The notes: a model not told the origin generated them from the letters alone. Shown: positions 42,203-51,197, counted from the stretch's first letter. The stretch is 64,000 bases of DNA from an uncultured Gemmatimonadales bacterium (GCA_963716255.1 OY970303.1:3296001-3360000), one strand, 5' to 3'. Made by a program: numbers and translations.

Positions 42203-42484
42203 ATGCCGCCAGAGCGGTACACGCCCAAGCCCGGCCTCATCGCCACGGACCTGGACACCGAGCTGATCCTGCTCGACCCCGAGTCGCAGGAGATGTTCAG
42301 CCTCAACCCCACCGGGCGCGTGGCGTGGCAGTGCCTCGGCTCGCAGCCGCTGCCCGCGGTCGTGGACCGGGTGGTCGCCGCGTTCCAGGTGGATCGCGCC
42401 ACCGCCGAGGCCGATGTGCGCGCCCTGGTGCGACGGCTGCTGGAGGCGGGGCTGATCGCCCCCGCCGGCGACCCGGGGGATTGA
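42203..42484 (+). CDS. PqqD family RiPP recognition element (lasso B1-like)
   Basis: DLDTELILLD...FSLNPTG..AWQ.L...FQVD...AEADV..LV..L.EAGLI, 93 aa. Confidence 0.88.
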   Translation: MPPERYTPKPGLIATDLDTELILLDPESQEMFSLNPTGRVAWQCLGSQPLPAVVDRVVAAFQVDRATAEADVRALVRRLLEAGLIAPAGDPGD

Positions 42485-43396
42485 GTGCTCTCGTTTCCCG
42501 TCCTGGGCAGGGAGCTCTCGGTCCAGGGGGGATCGGCGGAGCTGGAGGGTTGGATCCGTGACCACTGGCTGTTCCCGGAGCACGCGCCCGGGCCGCACGC
42601 CTACGCCGTGCGGGTCGACGAGGTGGACGAGCCGCCGTGGTGGGACGCGGGTTCCCCCGTGGAGGAGGTCCAGCTCCACCGGGTCGGCCTGCCGTGCCGC
42701 GCCGGCCCGGCCGGGTGGACCTTCGGGAGCGAGAGCGCCGGCGTCGGGCTCCGGGTGGGGCCGCGGGAGAGCCGCGTCGCGGTGTGGGGGGCGGAAAGGG
42801 CCGAGCACCACGGCGTCGTCCTCGCGGGCCTGTTCCTCGCGCTGAGCGAGGCCCTCCGGGCCAGCGGGCTGGTGCCCCTGCACGGAGCCGTGGCCGTGCA
42901 GGACGGCGAGGCCACGCTCTTCGCAGGCCGGAGCGGAGTGGGAAAGAGCACGACCCTGGTGCAGGCGATCCGCGCGGGGTGGGAGCCGCTGGCCGAGGAC
43001 TTCGCCTGGCTGGACCCGGACGCGCTGGTCGTCTACGGGTGGGACCGGGGGCTGCGCCTGTGGCCCGAGGCGCGGGAGCGTTTCGCGCCCCAGCTGCCCG
43101 CCCGCCTCTTCCGGACCGACGCGGACGGCAAGCTCTTCCTCGCCTACGACCGGCTCGCCCGCCCGCCCGCCCGCAGGGCGCCGCTCGGGCGTCTGGCCGT
43201 CCTGGAGCGCGACCCGGCGCGCGCGTCGGGCTGGGCGCCGCTGGAGGCGCGGAGCGCCGTCCGGGCCTGGTGGGAGGCGGCGGGCGTCCCGCTGCACCCG
43301 GGGACGCGGGCGCGCCTCGCGGGGCTGATCCCCGGTCTGCTCGCCCGCACCCGGGCGTCCCGCCTCGTCCTGGGCGCCGGGCCGCTTCCGCTCTAG
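42485..43396 (+). CDS. HPr kinase-like P-loop kinase (lasso-peptide kinase type)
   Basis: PLHGAV, GRSGVGKST Walker A, LAED acidic pair; abuts the RRE gene. Confidence 0.82.
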   Translation: MLSFPVLGRELSVQGGSAELEGWIRDHWLFPEHAPGPHAYAVRVDEVDEPPWWDAGSPVEEVQLHRVGLPCRAGPAGWTFGSESAGVGLRVGPRESRVAVWGAERAEHHGVVLAGLFLALSEALRASGLVPLHGAVAVQDGEATLFAGRSGVGKSTTLVQAIRAGWEPLAEDFAWLDPDALVVYGWDRGLRLWPEARERFAPQLPARLFRTDADGKLFLAYDRLARPPARRAPLGRLAVLERDPARASGWAPLEARSAVRAWWEAAGVPLHPGTRARLAGLIPGLLARTRASRLVLGAGPLPL

Positions 43397-44721
43397 GGCT
43401 GGCCGGTGTCCAGGTTGACGGCGTAGAGCCGCCGGTTGTGGGGCTCGGCCAGCTCGTACAGGACCTGTCCGTCCAGCTCCACCCAGGCGTGTCCCACCAC
43501 TTCGCCCGCGTCCCGGCGCACCCCGCTCACGAAGGCCACCGGCCAACCCTGCCGCCGCAGCGCCACGTAGATGGCGAGCGAGCGGACCAGGCAGTCCCCC
43601 CGCGGGTTGCCCCCCGGGAGGAGGCGCACCGTCCACTGGATGCTGCGCACGGTCCTCCAGCGCCGCTTCATGGATCCCGCCGTCCGGGGCGAGCCGGACG
43701 GGGTGAGGGTCCGCAGCAGCTCGTGGACGTCCGGGCCGCGCCGCAGGGCCGACCGCGCCTCCCGCACGGCGGACAGGGCGGCAGGCATGTGGACGGCCAT
43801 CCACGGAGCCCAGCCCAGGAGCTTGACGGCGTCCTCGCCCCGGCCCAGTGGGCCCCGCTCGGGGAAGACCGCCCGGTCCCACCGGCGCAGCGCGGCGGCC
43901 GGCGGCGGCGCCAGCTCCAGGATTCCGGCCGCGGGGTCGCAGCGCTCCAGGAAGATCCGCAGCGTGCGCACGGCCCCCAGCTCGCGCGCCCGCTCCCACA
44001 GCTGCTCGCGGCCGATCCCCAACCGCTCGCAGAGGATCCCGAAGTCCAGCACGTCGTGCGGCTTCAGGTGCCAGTGATCCCCCCCCCAGCAGCGCTGCAG
44101 GACCAGCCCCACCAGGAGCGCGTCCACGGCGTCCATCTCCCGGACCGGCACCCCCTCCCACTCGCGCTGCCGCGAGCGGGACCAGACGGCCTCCGTCACC
44201 CGCCGCTGCACCGGGTTCCAGGGGGCCGGCCTGTGGAGGACCCACCGGTGCAGGTCCACGCAGGCGGCGCCCGTGGGCCCGTACAGCAGGCACACGGCGT
44301 GGTTGTAGGCCAGCCCCACCTCCGCCGTGTTCGCTTCCTCCCGCCAGCCGATCGCCCGCGCGATGCGTCCCGCCCGCTCCGCGTCCTCCGGGCGGACCAG
44401 GACGTCCACGTCCCCGTGGAAGCGGGCGCCGGGAACGGGATAGACGAACTCCGCCAGGTGGAAGCCCTTGAAAAGCAGGGCCGCGATCCCCGCCTCCCGC
44501 CAGGCGGCGAGCAGGGGGGCGAGCTCGCGCCGGATTTGCTCGTGGCGCGTCAGGGAGGCCAGGTAGTCGCCGCGAAGCTCCGCCTTTCCGGGGGCGTCCG
44601 GCGGGAGGGCGGTGTAGGCGTAGGCGCCGAGGCCGGCTTCGCGGAGGACCGCGGGAGGGGGCGCGGGACGGGTCCGGTCCAGCAGCCACCCCGCGAGGAG
44701 GGATCGGTCGGTTCGCGTCAT
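43393..44721 (-). CDS. Nucleotidyltransferase (NTP_transf_5) fused to a lasso B2-type transglutaminase-like peptidase
   Basis: FKG..LA..VYP..GAR..GDVDVLV and VDLHR at the N-terminus; CLVRSL...GV...GHAWVE.DG at the C-terminus. Confidence 0.88.
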   Translation of the reverse strand: MTRTDRSLLAGWLLDRTRPAPPPAVLREAGLGAYAYTALPPDAPGKAELRGDYLASLTRHEQIRRELAPLLAAWREAGIAALLFKGFHLAEFVYPVPGARFHGDVDVLVRPEDAERAGRIARAIGWREEANTAEVGLAYNHAVCLLYGPTGAACVDLHRWVLHRPAPWNPVQRRVTEAVWSRSRQREWEGVPVREMDAVDALLVGLVLQRCWGGDHWHLKPHDVLDFGILCERLGIGREQLWERARELGAVRTLRIFLERCDPAAGILELAPPPAAALRRWDRAVFPERGPLGRGEDAVKLLGWAPWMAVHMPAALSAVREARSALRRGPDVHELLRTLTPSGSPRTAGSMKRRWRTVRSIQWTVRLLPGGNPRGDCLVRSLAIYVALRRQGWPVAFVSGVRRDAGEVVGHAWVELDGQVLYELAEPHNRRLYAVNLDTGQP

Positions 44722-44735
44722 GCGGCTCCCGGGTG

Positions 44736-44769
44736 AAAAGCAGGGCCCGCCCATGCGGGCGGGCCCTGC
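44736..44769 (-). terminator. Intrinsic terminator between the lipoprotein and NTase-B2 genes
   Basis: Minus strand: GCAGGGCCCGCCC-GCAT-GGGCGGGCCCTGC-TTTT. Confidence 0.75.
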
Positions 44770-44865
44770 CGGTTCCTTGCATCCCATCTGCGGCGCGCCC
44801 GCGCGCGGGCCGCCGCCCGCCGCGCCGTCCGCCGTGGGGCGGGCGCCGCGGCGGGACCCGGGAGA

Positions 44866-47448
44866 CTACTTGGTCCGCACGAGCACGAACGTGGAAGTGG
44901 CCGGCGGGGCCGCGCCGCCCGACGTCACCGAGAACGACGCCGCGGAGCTGGCCCCGACCCCGAAGCGGAGGTAGCTCGTCCCGCCGTCCATGGAGTACGA
45001 CAGGGTGAGCGGAGTGCCGCTGGTGAGCGGACGGGCCAGCAGCGGGAAGCCGCCGAGGCCGCCGAAGATCGAGCGGTACTGGTAGGTCGGGTGCGTGTGC
45101 TCGGTGCCGACGCCGGCGACCGCGTCGTCGGTGTAGTTGGCGGTCACGAAGTCGCGCAGCCACACGTCCGGGTTCGCGCCGAAGGCGGCCTGGAGGTTGG
45201 CCTTGCCCGTGCCCGTGCCGTCCACGAGCGCCGACCAGAACGCGCTCTCCGTGCCGCCCTTGCGGTCCGCGGCGTAGCGCAGGAAGGCCCAGGTCACCCC
45301 GGCCGCCGCGAGCGTGGGGGTGTTCTTGAACGCCCCGCTCGTGTCCGGCCGCTGGAGCCACGAGCGGAAGTTGGTGAAGTTGGGGTTCAGGTAGGTGTTG
45401 AACGCCGCCACCCGCCGGCTCGCGTTGGGCCCGGTGTTCAGGGAGGAAAGGGCGATGTTGCTCCTGGGCGTGAGCCCGACCGAGGCCCGGAAGAAGATCA
45501 GCTCCTCGGCGACCCGGCTCATCCCCTCGTCCAGCCACGTTTCTTCCAGCGGCGCGCTCGTGACGTGGGTGCGGCGGGACGCGTTGATGACGTGCTGGAG
45601 CTCGTGCCCGTATGCCCGGATCGCGTTCCCCCGCACGAGCGGAACGGTGCGGACGTTGGAGTTCACCGCGCCGGTCGGGTCCGGGACCATCATGTAGACC
45701 ATCTCGCCCACGTTGCTCCGGGGGCACGTTGCCTGCGCCTGAACGTCGCGCGCGACGGAGTAGGCGAAGGTGGACGCCGACGACGCGGGAGGGCTCAGCT
45801 CGTTGACGGCGCGGGTGAAGAACGCCACGACGCGGCTGTTGGTGTCGATGTCGCTGGGAGCGCCGAAGTTGGAGGTGATCGTCGGGGACGCCAGCGTGTC
45901 GATCTCCATGCGGATGCTGTCGTACTGCGCCGTCGTGAAGCCGCCGGCCGGGTTCGCCGTGTCCGCGACGATGACCACGCTCGTCCCGATGGAGACCACC
46001 CGGCCCGTGCGGTTGTCGACGGCGCCGGCGCACCCGGAGGCGACGTTGAGCGCCATGAGGTCACCCAGCGTCGGCACGCCCGGGGTGATGGCCCGGAGCG
46101 GACCGCCGGGCACGGAGCGCGAGCGGGACGCCGCGCGCGTGTTCGCCAGCGACGCGAGGCTGCGCCGCTCCCACTCGCGCAGCTGCATGTGGAACGCGGC
46201 GTCGCCGGTGGGATCCGCCGTCATGCTCGCCAGCGCCTGCCGCCCCGGGATGAGGTTGGGCGTGGGCGGCCCGGTCACGGCGGTGGTGCCGGTGCCCGTG
46301 ACGCTGAGGGACAGGCTCGAGCTCGTGGAAAGGTTCACCGGCATCAGGGTGTATTCCGCCGAGCCGGACCCGCCCTCCGCGCAGAACGCGGCCGCCTCGG
46401 CCCCGGACAGGTACAGGGGCGAGCCCACCGCGGGAGCCGCGGCCACGTCCTGCATGAACGAGGTGGGCGCGCCGCTGGTGCCGCCGGTGCGCACGGAGCA
46501 GATCGCGCGGGACGCGATGGCGCCGCCGTAGCGGCCGCCGCGGAGCACGGTGACCTGGGCGGCCGAGAGCGAGGCGGCCCGCGCCTCGAAGGCGCTTCTC
46601 CCGGCGACCGTCTGCTCCTCGGGGCTCTGGGTCACGCGGGTCTCGCTGTCGTCCACCGCCAGCGCGATCACGGAGATGGTGAACGGGTCGTCCGCCGCGC
46701 TCGCCTGCAGGGGGATCTTGTAGGCGAAGGTGAGGCGGCCGTCGTACTGGCCCGCCGCCGGATTCGCCGGCAGCGTGCGCGAGGTGTTGTCGGTGGCGTG
46801 CCGCACCACGAAGCCGTAGGGGAACTTCTCGGTCACCGCCGCGGGCGCCGTGAGGCTCGACGCCTCCGCCTCGGTGAGCGCCTGCATCACGTCGGGATAC
46901 TGGGACACCAGCTCGCCGCCCCCGCCCAGCGCCACCGCCCCCGTGGGGCGAAGCTCCTTGGCGAGGGTCGAGTCCGCGGGGGTGCCGTCCTGCTTCAGGA
47001 ACCGGCCGACCGGCGTTCCGGGGATCGCGGCGGCGGTGCCGACGGGAATGAAGGTCAGGTTCTGGCGGGGGGTGCCGTAGGCGGTGCCCGCGCCGTCCGC
47101 GTTGCGGACTTCGAACACGGCCTGCAGGTAGCGCATGCCTCCCGCGCCGCGGGTGCCCACGTCCACCGTGGTCGCGCTCGTGCGACGGATCTGGATGCTT
47201 CCCTCCGGAGTGCCGCCCGGGACGGGAGTCAGCACGTAGCTGGGTCCGCCGGCGCCGACCGGCGTGACGCTGGCGGACATCTGCGGGGTGCCCACGCCGG
47301 TCAGCGTGATCTCCACGAGCCCCAGCGTGCGGGGGGGAGCGAGCGGGGCGGTGCCCGGACCGGTCGTCTCCGTGGGATCGTCGGAACACGCGGAAAGAAC
47401 GACTCCCACGGCGGCGAGGGAGATCAGGGAGCGGAGTCGGGAATGCAT
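44866..47448 (-). CDS. Large lipoprotein with a C-terminal HEXXH zinc metallopeptidase-like domain (M30-like)
   Basis: LSAC lipobox; GHELQHVIN and WLDEGMS..AEE; beta-rich N-terminal domain; 860 aa. Confidence 0.85.
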   Translation of the reverse strand: MHSRLRSLISLAAVGVVLSACSDDPTETTGPGTAPLAPPRTLGLVEITLTGVGTPQMSASVTPVGAGGPSYVLTPVPGGTPEGSIQIRRTSATTVDVGTRGAGGMRYLQAVFEVRNADGAGTAYGTPRQNLTFIPVGTAAAIPGTPVGRFLKQDGTPADSTLAKELRPTGAVALGGGGELVSQYPDVMQALTEAEASSLTAPAAVTEKFPYGFVVRHATDNTSRTLPANPAAGQYDGRLTFAYKIPLQASAADDPFTISVIALAVDDSETRVTQSPEEQTVAGRSAFEARAASLSAAQVTVLRGGRYGGAIASRAICSVRTGGTSGAPTSFMQDVAAAPAVGSPLYLSGAEAAAFCAEGGSGSAEYTLMPVNLSTSSSLSLSVTGTGTTAVTGPPTPNLIPGRQALASMTADPTGDAAFHMQLREWERRSLASLANTRAASRSRSVPGGPLRAITPGVPTLGDLMALNVASGCAGAVDNRTGRVVSIGTSVVIVADTANPAGGFTTAQYDSIRMEIDTLASPTITSNFGAPSDIDTNSRVVAFFTRAVNELSPPASSASTFAYSVARDVQAQATCPRSNVGEMVYMMVPDPTGAVNSNVRTVPLVRGNAIRAYGHELQHVINASRRTHVTSAPLEETWLDEGMSRVAEELIFFRASVGLTPRSNIALSSLNTGPNASRRVAAFNTYLNPNFTNFRSWLQRPDTSGAFKNTPTLAAAGVTWAFLRYAADRKGGTESAFWSALVDGTGTGKANLQAAFGANPDVWLRDFVTANYTDDAVAGVGTEHTHPTYQYRSIFGGLGGFPLLARPLTSGTPLTLSYSMDGGTSYLRFGVGASSAASFSVTSGGAAPPATSTFVLVRTK

Positions 47449-47496
47449 TTCTGGAATCGTTTTCGGGGGGGAAGGGGAAGGGAGCGGCGGGTAAGG

Positions 47497-47697
47497 TCAG
47501 CCGAGCTTCGGCGCCCGCTCGGGATCGGCCATGAACGTCACCGGAATCGTCTGCTGAAGCGTCAGGGCGCTCCACGGTCCCAGGCACTCCAGCGCGGGTG
47601 CCGCGTACGGCTGGTGGGCCGATCCGCCGGCCGGGGTCTCGTGTGCGGGGGCCTGCCGGGTCGTCGGCGCAGGCGTGGCGACAGGGTTCGGGGTCAT
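47497..47697 (-). CDS. Putative RiPP precursor peptide with lasso-type leader (66 aa)
   Basis: MTPNPVATPAPTTRQAPAHETPAGGSAHQPYAAPALECLGPWSALTL-QQTIPVTFMADPERAPKLG; last 66 aa of ORF 47497..49437. Confidence 0.8.
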   Translation of the reverse strand: MTPNPVATPAPTTRQAPAHETPAGGSAHQPYAAPALECLGPWSALTLQQTIPVTFMADPERAPKLG

Positions 47698-48092
47698 GGA
47701 ATTCGCGTCCGGGGAAAAGTTTTCCCGGAAGCGGTGTCCTACCGCTCCCGGGATACGCAAAAGGTTTGTCGAGCGGACGAATCTAGTAGCCTGCGGCTGA
47801 ACGAGAAAGGGGGACGTTCGGCCGCGCCTGAAAAGTATCGGCAGCATGTACGCGCGGCTTGAGATGTGTTTGCAAATGGTTGCACAGAAATATTTTAGCC
47901 CTCGGGAATGGAGGATTGTCGCTGCCGGGGGAGCGGCGGACGGAGGCCGGTCCGTCCGGGTCCGCGGCGCCCCGCCGGCCGTGAGAGGGTGGTGAAAGGT
48001 TCCCGGCAGGGAACGGGACGAGGCGGCGGGCTCGTTCGAGCTCCGTCTCGCCCGTCCCGCTTCGGTGGTCCGAGATCGCGCTGCCGGGCCGC

Positions 48093-49541
48093 CTAACGCG
48101 GAGCCGCGCCGATGTCCACGACGATGCCGCGCCAGCGCCCCTGGTTGAAGCGCACCACGCTCAGCGCGCAGCGCACCGCGTGCCCGGCGAGGATCGCCAC
48201 CCAGATGTCGATGGGGTCCAGCGTGCCGGCGCGCTGGATCGCGAAGCAGATTCCCAGCGGCACGGCCACCTGCGAGACCACGGAGATGTACAGGGGGCTG
48301 CGCGTGTCGCCGGTGCCCTGCAGCCCGCCCGTGTAGGTGAGCGCCACGGCGATGAACAGGCCCGACACGCTGAGGACGCGCAGGAGCTGCACGCCGACCT
48401 CCACCGCCTCCGGCTCGTTCATCCCGAACACGGCGAGCAGCTGCCGGGGGATGACGAAAAAGAACACCCCCAGCACCGCGGCGCCCGCGAAGCCGATGCG
48501 CGCGGCCACGGCCACCCCGTCGGCCGCGCGGTCGGGCTGCCCCGCGCCCAGGTTCTGGCCGGCCACCGCCGCGGCGGCGCCCATCAGCCCCATGGCGGTC
48601 CAGGTGACCAGCGAAAAGATCTGCGAGTACGACACGGCGAACGCGGCCTGTGCGGCGGCGCTCTGCGCCAGCGAGCCGATGAAGGCGAGCATCAGCACCC
48701 CGCCCACGTTCATGGCGACCCCCTGGATCCCCGTGGGAAGGCCGAAGCGGAAGAGCGAGCGGATGACCGTCCAGTCCGGCCGCAGGCCGCCGCGGCGCGG
48801 GAACGACACCACCCACCCGCCGCCCCACAGCTTCGCCAGCGAGTACGCCGCCACCAGCCCGGAGGCGATCACCGTCCCCATCGCCGAGCCCGTGGTGCCG
48901 AAGGCCGGGATGGGTCCCAGCCCGCGGATCAGCACCACGTTCAGCACCAGGTTCAGCGCAGTCATGGCGATCCCCAGCACCATGGGGGTGCGCGCGTCGC
49001 CGGCCGAGCGCAGCGCCCCGCCCAGCATGAAGAAGACGAGCATCCCGCTGCTGAACATGAACATCACGCGCAGGAAGGGCAGCGCCTCCGTCTTCACCGC
49101 GGGGGCGGCGTTGGCCAGGTCCAGCAGGTACGGCGACAGGAACCACCCCGCCGGCGCCATGACCAGGAGCGAGATCCCGATCGCCGTGAGGAACGCCTGG
49201 TAGACGGTCCGGTCCACGCTCGCCTCGTCGCCCGCGCCGGCGAAGCGGGCCACCAGGACGCTCATGCCGGTGAACAGCGAGCTGATGAAGGCGATCACCA
49301 CCAGGAAGATCTGCCAGGACACGCCGATGGCCGCGTTCGCCTGGTAGCCCACCAGGTGGCCCACCAGCACGTGGTCCACCATCCCCTGCAGCCCGCCGAT
49401 GATGTTGGTGAGCATGGTGGGCCAGGCGAGCTTCCACACGGCCACGCGCAGCGGCCCCTCCACGATGGACCGGTCGTAGCGTCCCGCGGCGGCCCGGGGG
49501 GGCGCGGCGGAAGGCGGGACGGGCCGGGCTGTGCGGGTCAA
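48093..49541 (-). CDS. MATE family efflux transporter
   Basis: KLAWP, VDHVLVG, VARFAGA, LRSAGDARTPM, GQNLGAG, GTGDTRSP; about 12 TMs. Confidence 0.93.
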   Translation of the reverse strand: MTRTARPVPPSAAPPRAAAGRYDRSIVEGPLRVAVWKLAWPTMLTNIIGGLQGMVDHVLVGHLVGYQANAAIGVSWQIFLVVIAFISSLFTGMSVLVARFAGAGDEASVDRTVYQAFLTAIGISLLVMAPAGWFLSPYLLDLANAAPAVKTEALPFLRVMFMFSSGMLVFFMLGGALRSAGDARTPMVLGIAMTALNLVLNVVLIRGLGPIPAFGTTGSAMGTVIASGLVAAYSLAKLWGGGWVVSFPRRGGLRPDWTVIRSLFRFGLPTGIQGVAMNVGGVLMLAFIGSLAQSAAAQAAFAVSYSQIFSLVTWTAMGLMGAAAAVAGQNLGAGQPDRAADGVAVAARIGFAGAAVLGVFFFVIPRQLLAVFGMNEPEAVEVGVQLLRVLSVSGLFIAVALTYTGGLQGTGDTRSPLYISVVSQVAVPLGICFAIQRAGTLDPIDIWVAILAGHAVRCALSVVRFNQGRWRGIVVDIGAAPR

Positions 49542-49718
49542 TGGATCCTGGTCGCGGTGCAGGGTGAGGCAGGCGCGGAGCTCCGCCGCCGCGGTCCGCC
49601 TCCTATGTCTAACGCGTCCCCCTCCGGCTGCGCCAGGAGTCGGCCGGGGCCGGTCCCCGTACGTGTAGGTCGCGGGGGGGTGGAGCCCGGCGGTCGGCGG
49701 GGCGGGTCCGGGGGCGCC

Positions 49719-49931
49719 TCATGCATCGTCCGCGAGCGTCCACCCCCGCTCCGCGAGGGCCAGGCGGAGCTGCCCCAGCGCCTTCGGCCCCATCCCGTGG
49801 AGCCGCAGCAGCTCGGGCGCGCCCACCCGGGTGAGCTGCTCCAGCCCCGTGTACCCCGCGCCGGCGAGCGCCCGCCGCGCCGGCGCGCTCAGCCCCGCCG
49901 GCCAGCCGTCCTCCGGGCGCGCGCCGCTCAC
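49719..49931 (-). CDS. Small HhH (RNAP alpha-CTD-like) DNA-binding protein
   Basis: LSAPARRALAGAGY..LEQL...ELLRLHGMGPKAL; GTGA overlap with the DUF899 stop. Confidence 0.8.
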   Translation of the reverse strand: MSGARPEDGWPAGLSAPARRALAGAGYTGLEQLTRVGAPELLRLHGMGPKALGQLRLALAERGWTLADDA

Positions 49932-50683
49932 GACGCGAAGTCGGGGACGGCGCCCCGCACGGCCTCCGCGCGGCCCCTGGGCTCCTCCCAGTCCTCCTGG
50001 CGCCCCAGCGCGGTCTCGTCCAGCAGGTAGTACGACCCGCCCATGGTTTCCAGGCCGCGGGCGTACACCGAATAGGTGTGGTACACCGCGTCCCCCACCC
50101 GCAGGAAGCTGCTCCGTCCGGGGCGCTCCAGGGGCTGCTCGCCCTCGAAGGGCTCGCCCATCCGCTCGTACTCCTCCTCCGTGCGGTAGTTGTATACGAT
50201 GGGCGCGACGGAATCGTCCAGGGTGACGTTGAAGTCGTAGTTGAAGTCGCTGCCGTACGACGAGTACCACGGGAACGTCCACCCCTTGAGCGCCTTGTAC
50301 GCCTCGATCTTGGCGATGGGCGCGCGGGACACGTACACGAAGGTGGTGTCGCGCTTGTTCAGGTGCTCCAGGTGCCCCCTGGACATCTCGTCCGCCCCGG
50401 CGGAGCAGGCGGGGCACCCGGCGTCCCAGTCGGGGTGGAACATGAAGTGGCCCACGATCAGCTGGCGCCGCCCGTGGAAGAGGTCCGCCAGCCCCACCCT
50501 GCCCTCCGGCCCCTCGAACACGTAGTCCCTGGTGACCTCCACCATCGGCAGGCGGCGCCGGTCGGCCACGAGCGCGTCGCGCTGGCGGGTCAGTTCCTTT
50601 TCCCGCGCCAGGAGCTCGGTGCGCGCGGCGAGCCATTCGTCCTGCGACACTACCCGCGGCAGTCCTGCTGCGATCTCGGTCAT
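49928..50683 (-). CDS. DUF899 thioredoxin-like protein
   Basis: WLAAR..LLAREKELTR, RRRLPM, LADLF.GRRQL, GCPACS, SDFNYDF, GRQEDWE. Confidence 0.92.
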   Translation of the reverse strand: MTEIAAGLPRVVSQDEWLAARTELLAREKELTRQRDALVADRRRLPMVEVTRDYVFEGPEGRVGLADLFHGRRQLIVGHFMFHPDWDAGCPACSAGADEMSRGHLEHLNKRDTTFVYVSRAPIAKIEAYKALKGWTFPWYSSYGSDFNYDFNVTLDDSVAPIVYNYRTEEEYERMGEPFEGEQPLERPGRSSFLRVGDAVYHTYSVYARGLETMGGSYYLLDETALGRQEDWEEPRGRAEAVRGAVPDFAS

Positions 50684-50738
50684 GTGGAGCGATCCCGGGT
50701 GATGGGGTGGGACGGGGCGGGCGGGCGCCCCGCCGGGG

Positions 50739-51197
50739 TCATGCCGCGGCGGCGGCCGCCGCCGCGGCGTCGAAGCGCAGGCGCAGCTCGGCCGCCGGCT
50801 CCGCGCCGAGGGCGGCGACCACCCGCCGGTGGGCCTGCGTCCACAGCGGGAGCGCCTCCGCCACCCGCTGCCGGCCCGCCGGCGTGAGCTGCGCCAGGCG
50901 CACGCGGCGGTCGCCGGGGAGCCGCGCGATCCGCACCAGCCCCGCCTTCGCCAGCGGCCGCAGGTTGCGGGAGAGCGTGGTGCCGTCCATGGCCAGGACG
51001 TCCGCCACGCGCCCCATGGGCGCGCCGTCCTCGCCGCACATGGCGACCGCGTTCAGCAGCGTGAGCTGCGTCGCCTGGATCCCCAGCGGCCGGAGCGCCT
51101 CGTCGTACAGCCGCGTCAGCGCGCGGGACACCCGCCGGGCGCGGAAGCAAAGGCATTCGGCGGTCATCGCCCGGGCGGCGTCGCGGTGCTCGGTCAT
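50739..51197 (-). CDS. MarR family regulator
   Basis: CLCFRARR..R.LTRLYD.AL, MDGTTLSRNL, DRRVR...LT..G. Confidence 0.9.
   Translation of the reverse strand: MTEHRDAARAMTAECLCFRARRVSRALTRLYDEALRPLGIQATQLTLLNAVAMCGEDGAPMGRVADVLAMDGTTLSRNLRPLAKAGLVRIARLPGDRRVRLAQLTPAGRQRVAEALPLWTQAHRRVVAALGAEPAAELRLRFDAAAAAAAAA

Noticed and set aside
41981..46033. Very long alternative-frame ORFs (also 28579..32499, 13531..16845, 61280..63781, 54504..56927)
   Set aside because: Arg/Pro/Gly-rich shadow ORFs typical of high-GC DNA, overlapping well-supported genes.
42203..47697. Canonical lasso peptide or PQQ biosynthesis cluster
   Set aside because: No lasso cyclase, no Asp/Glu at core positions 7-9, and no pqqA/B/C/E or radical SAM gene in the window.
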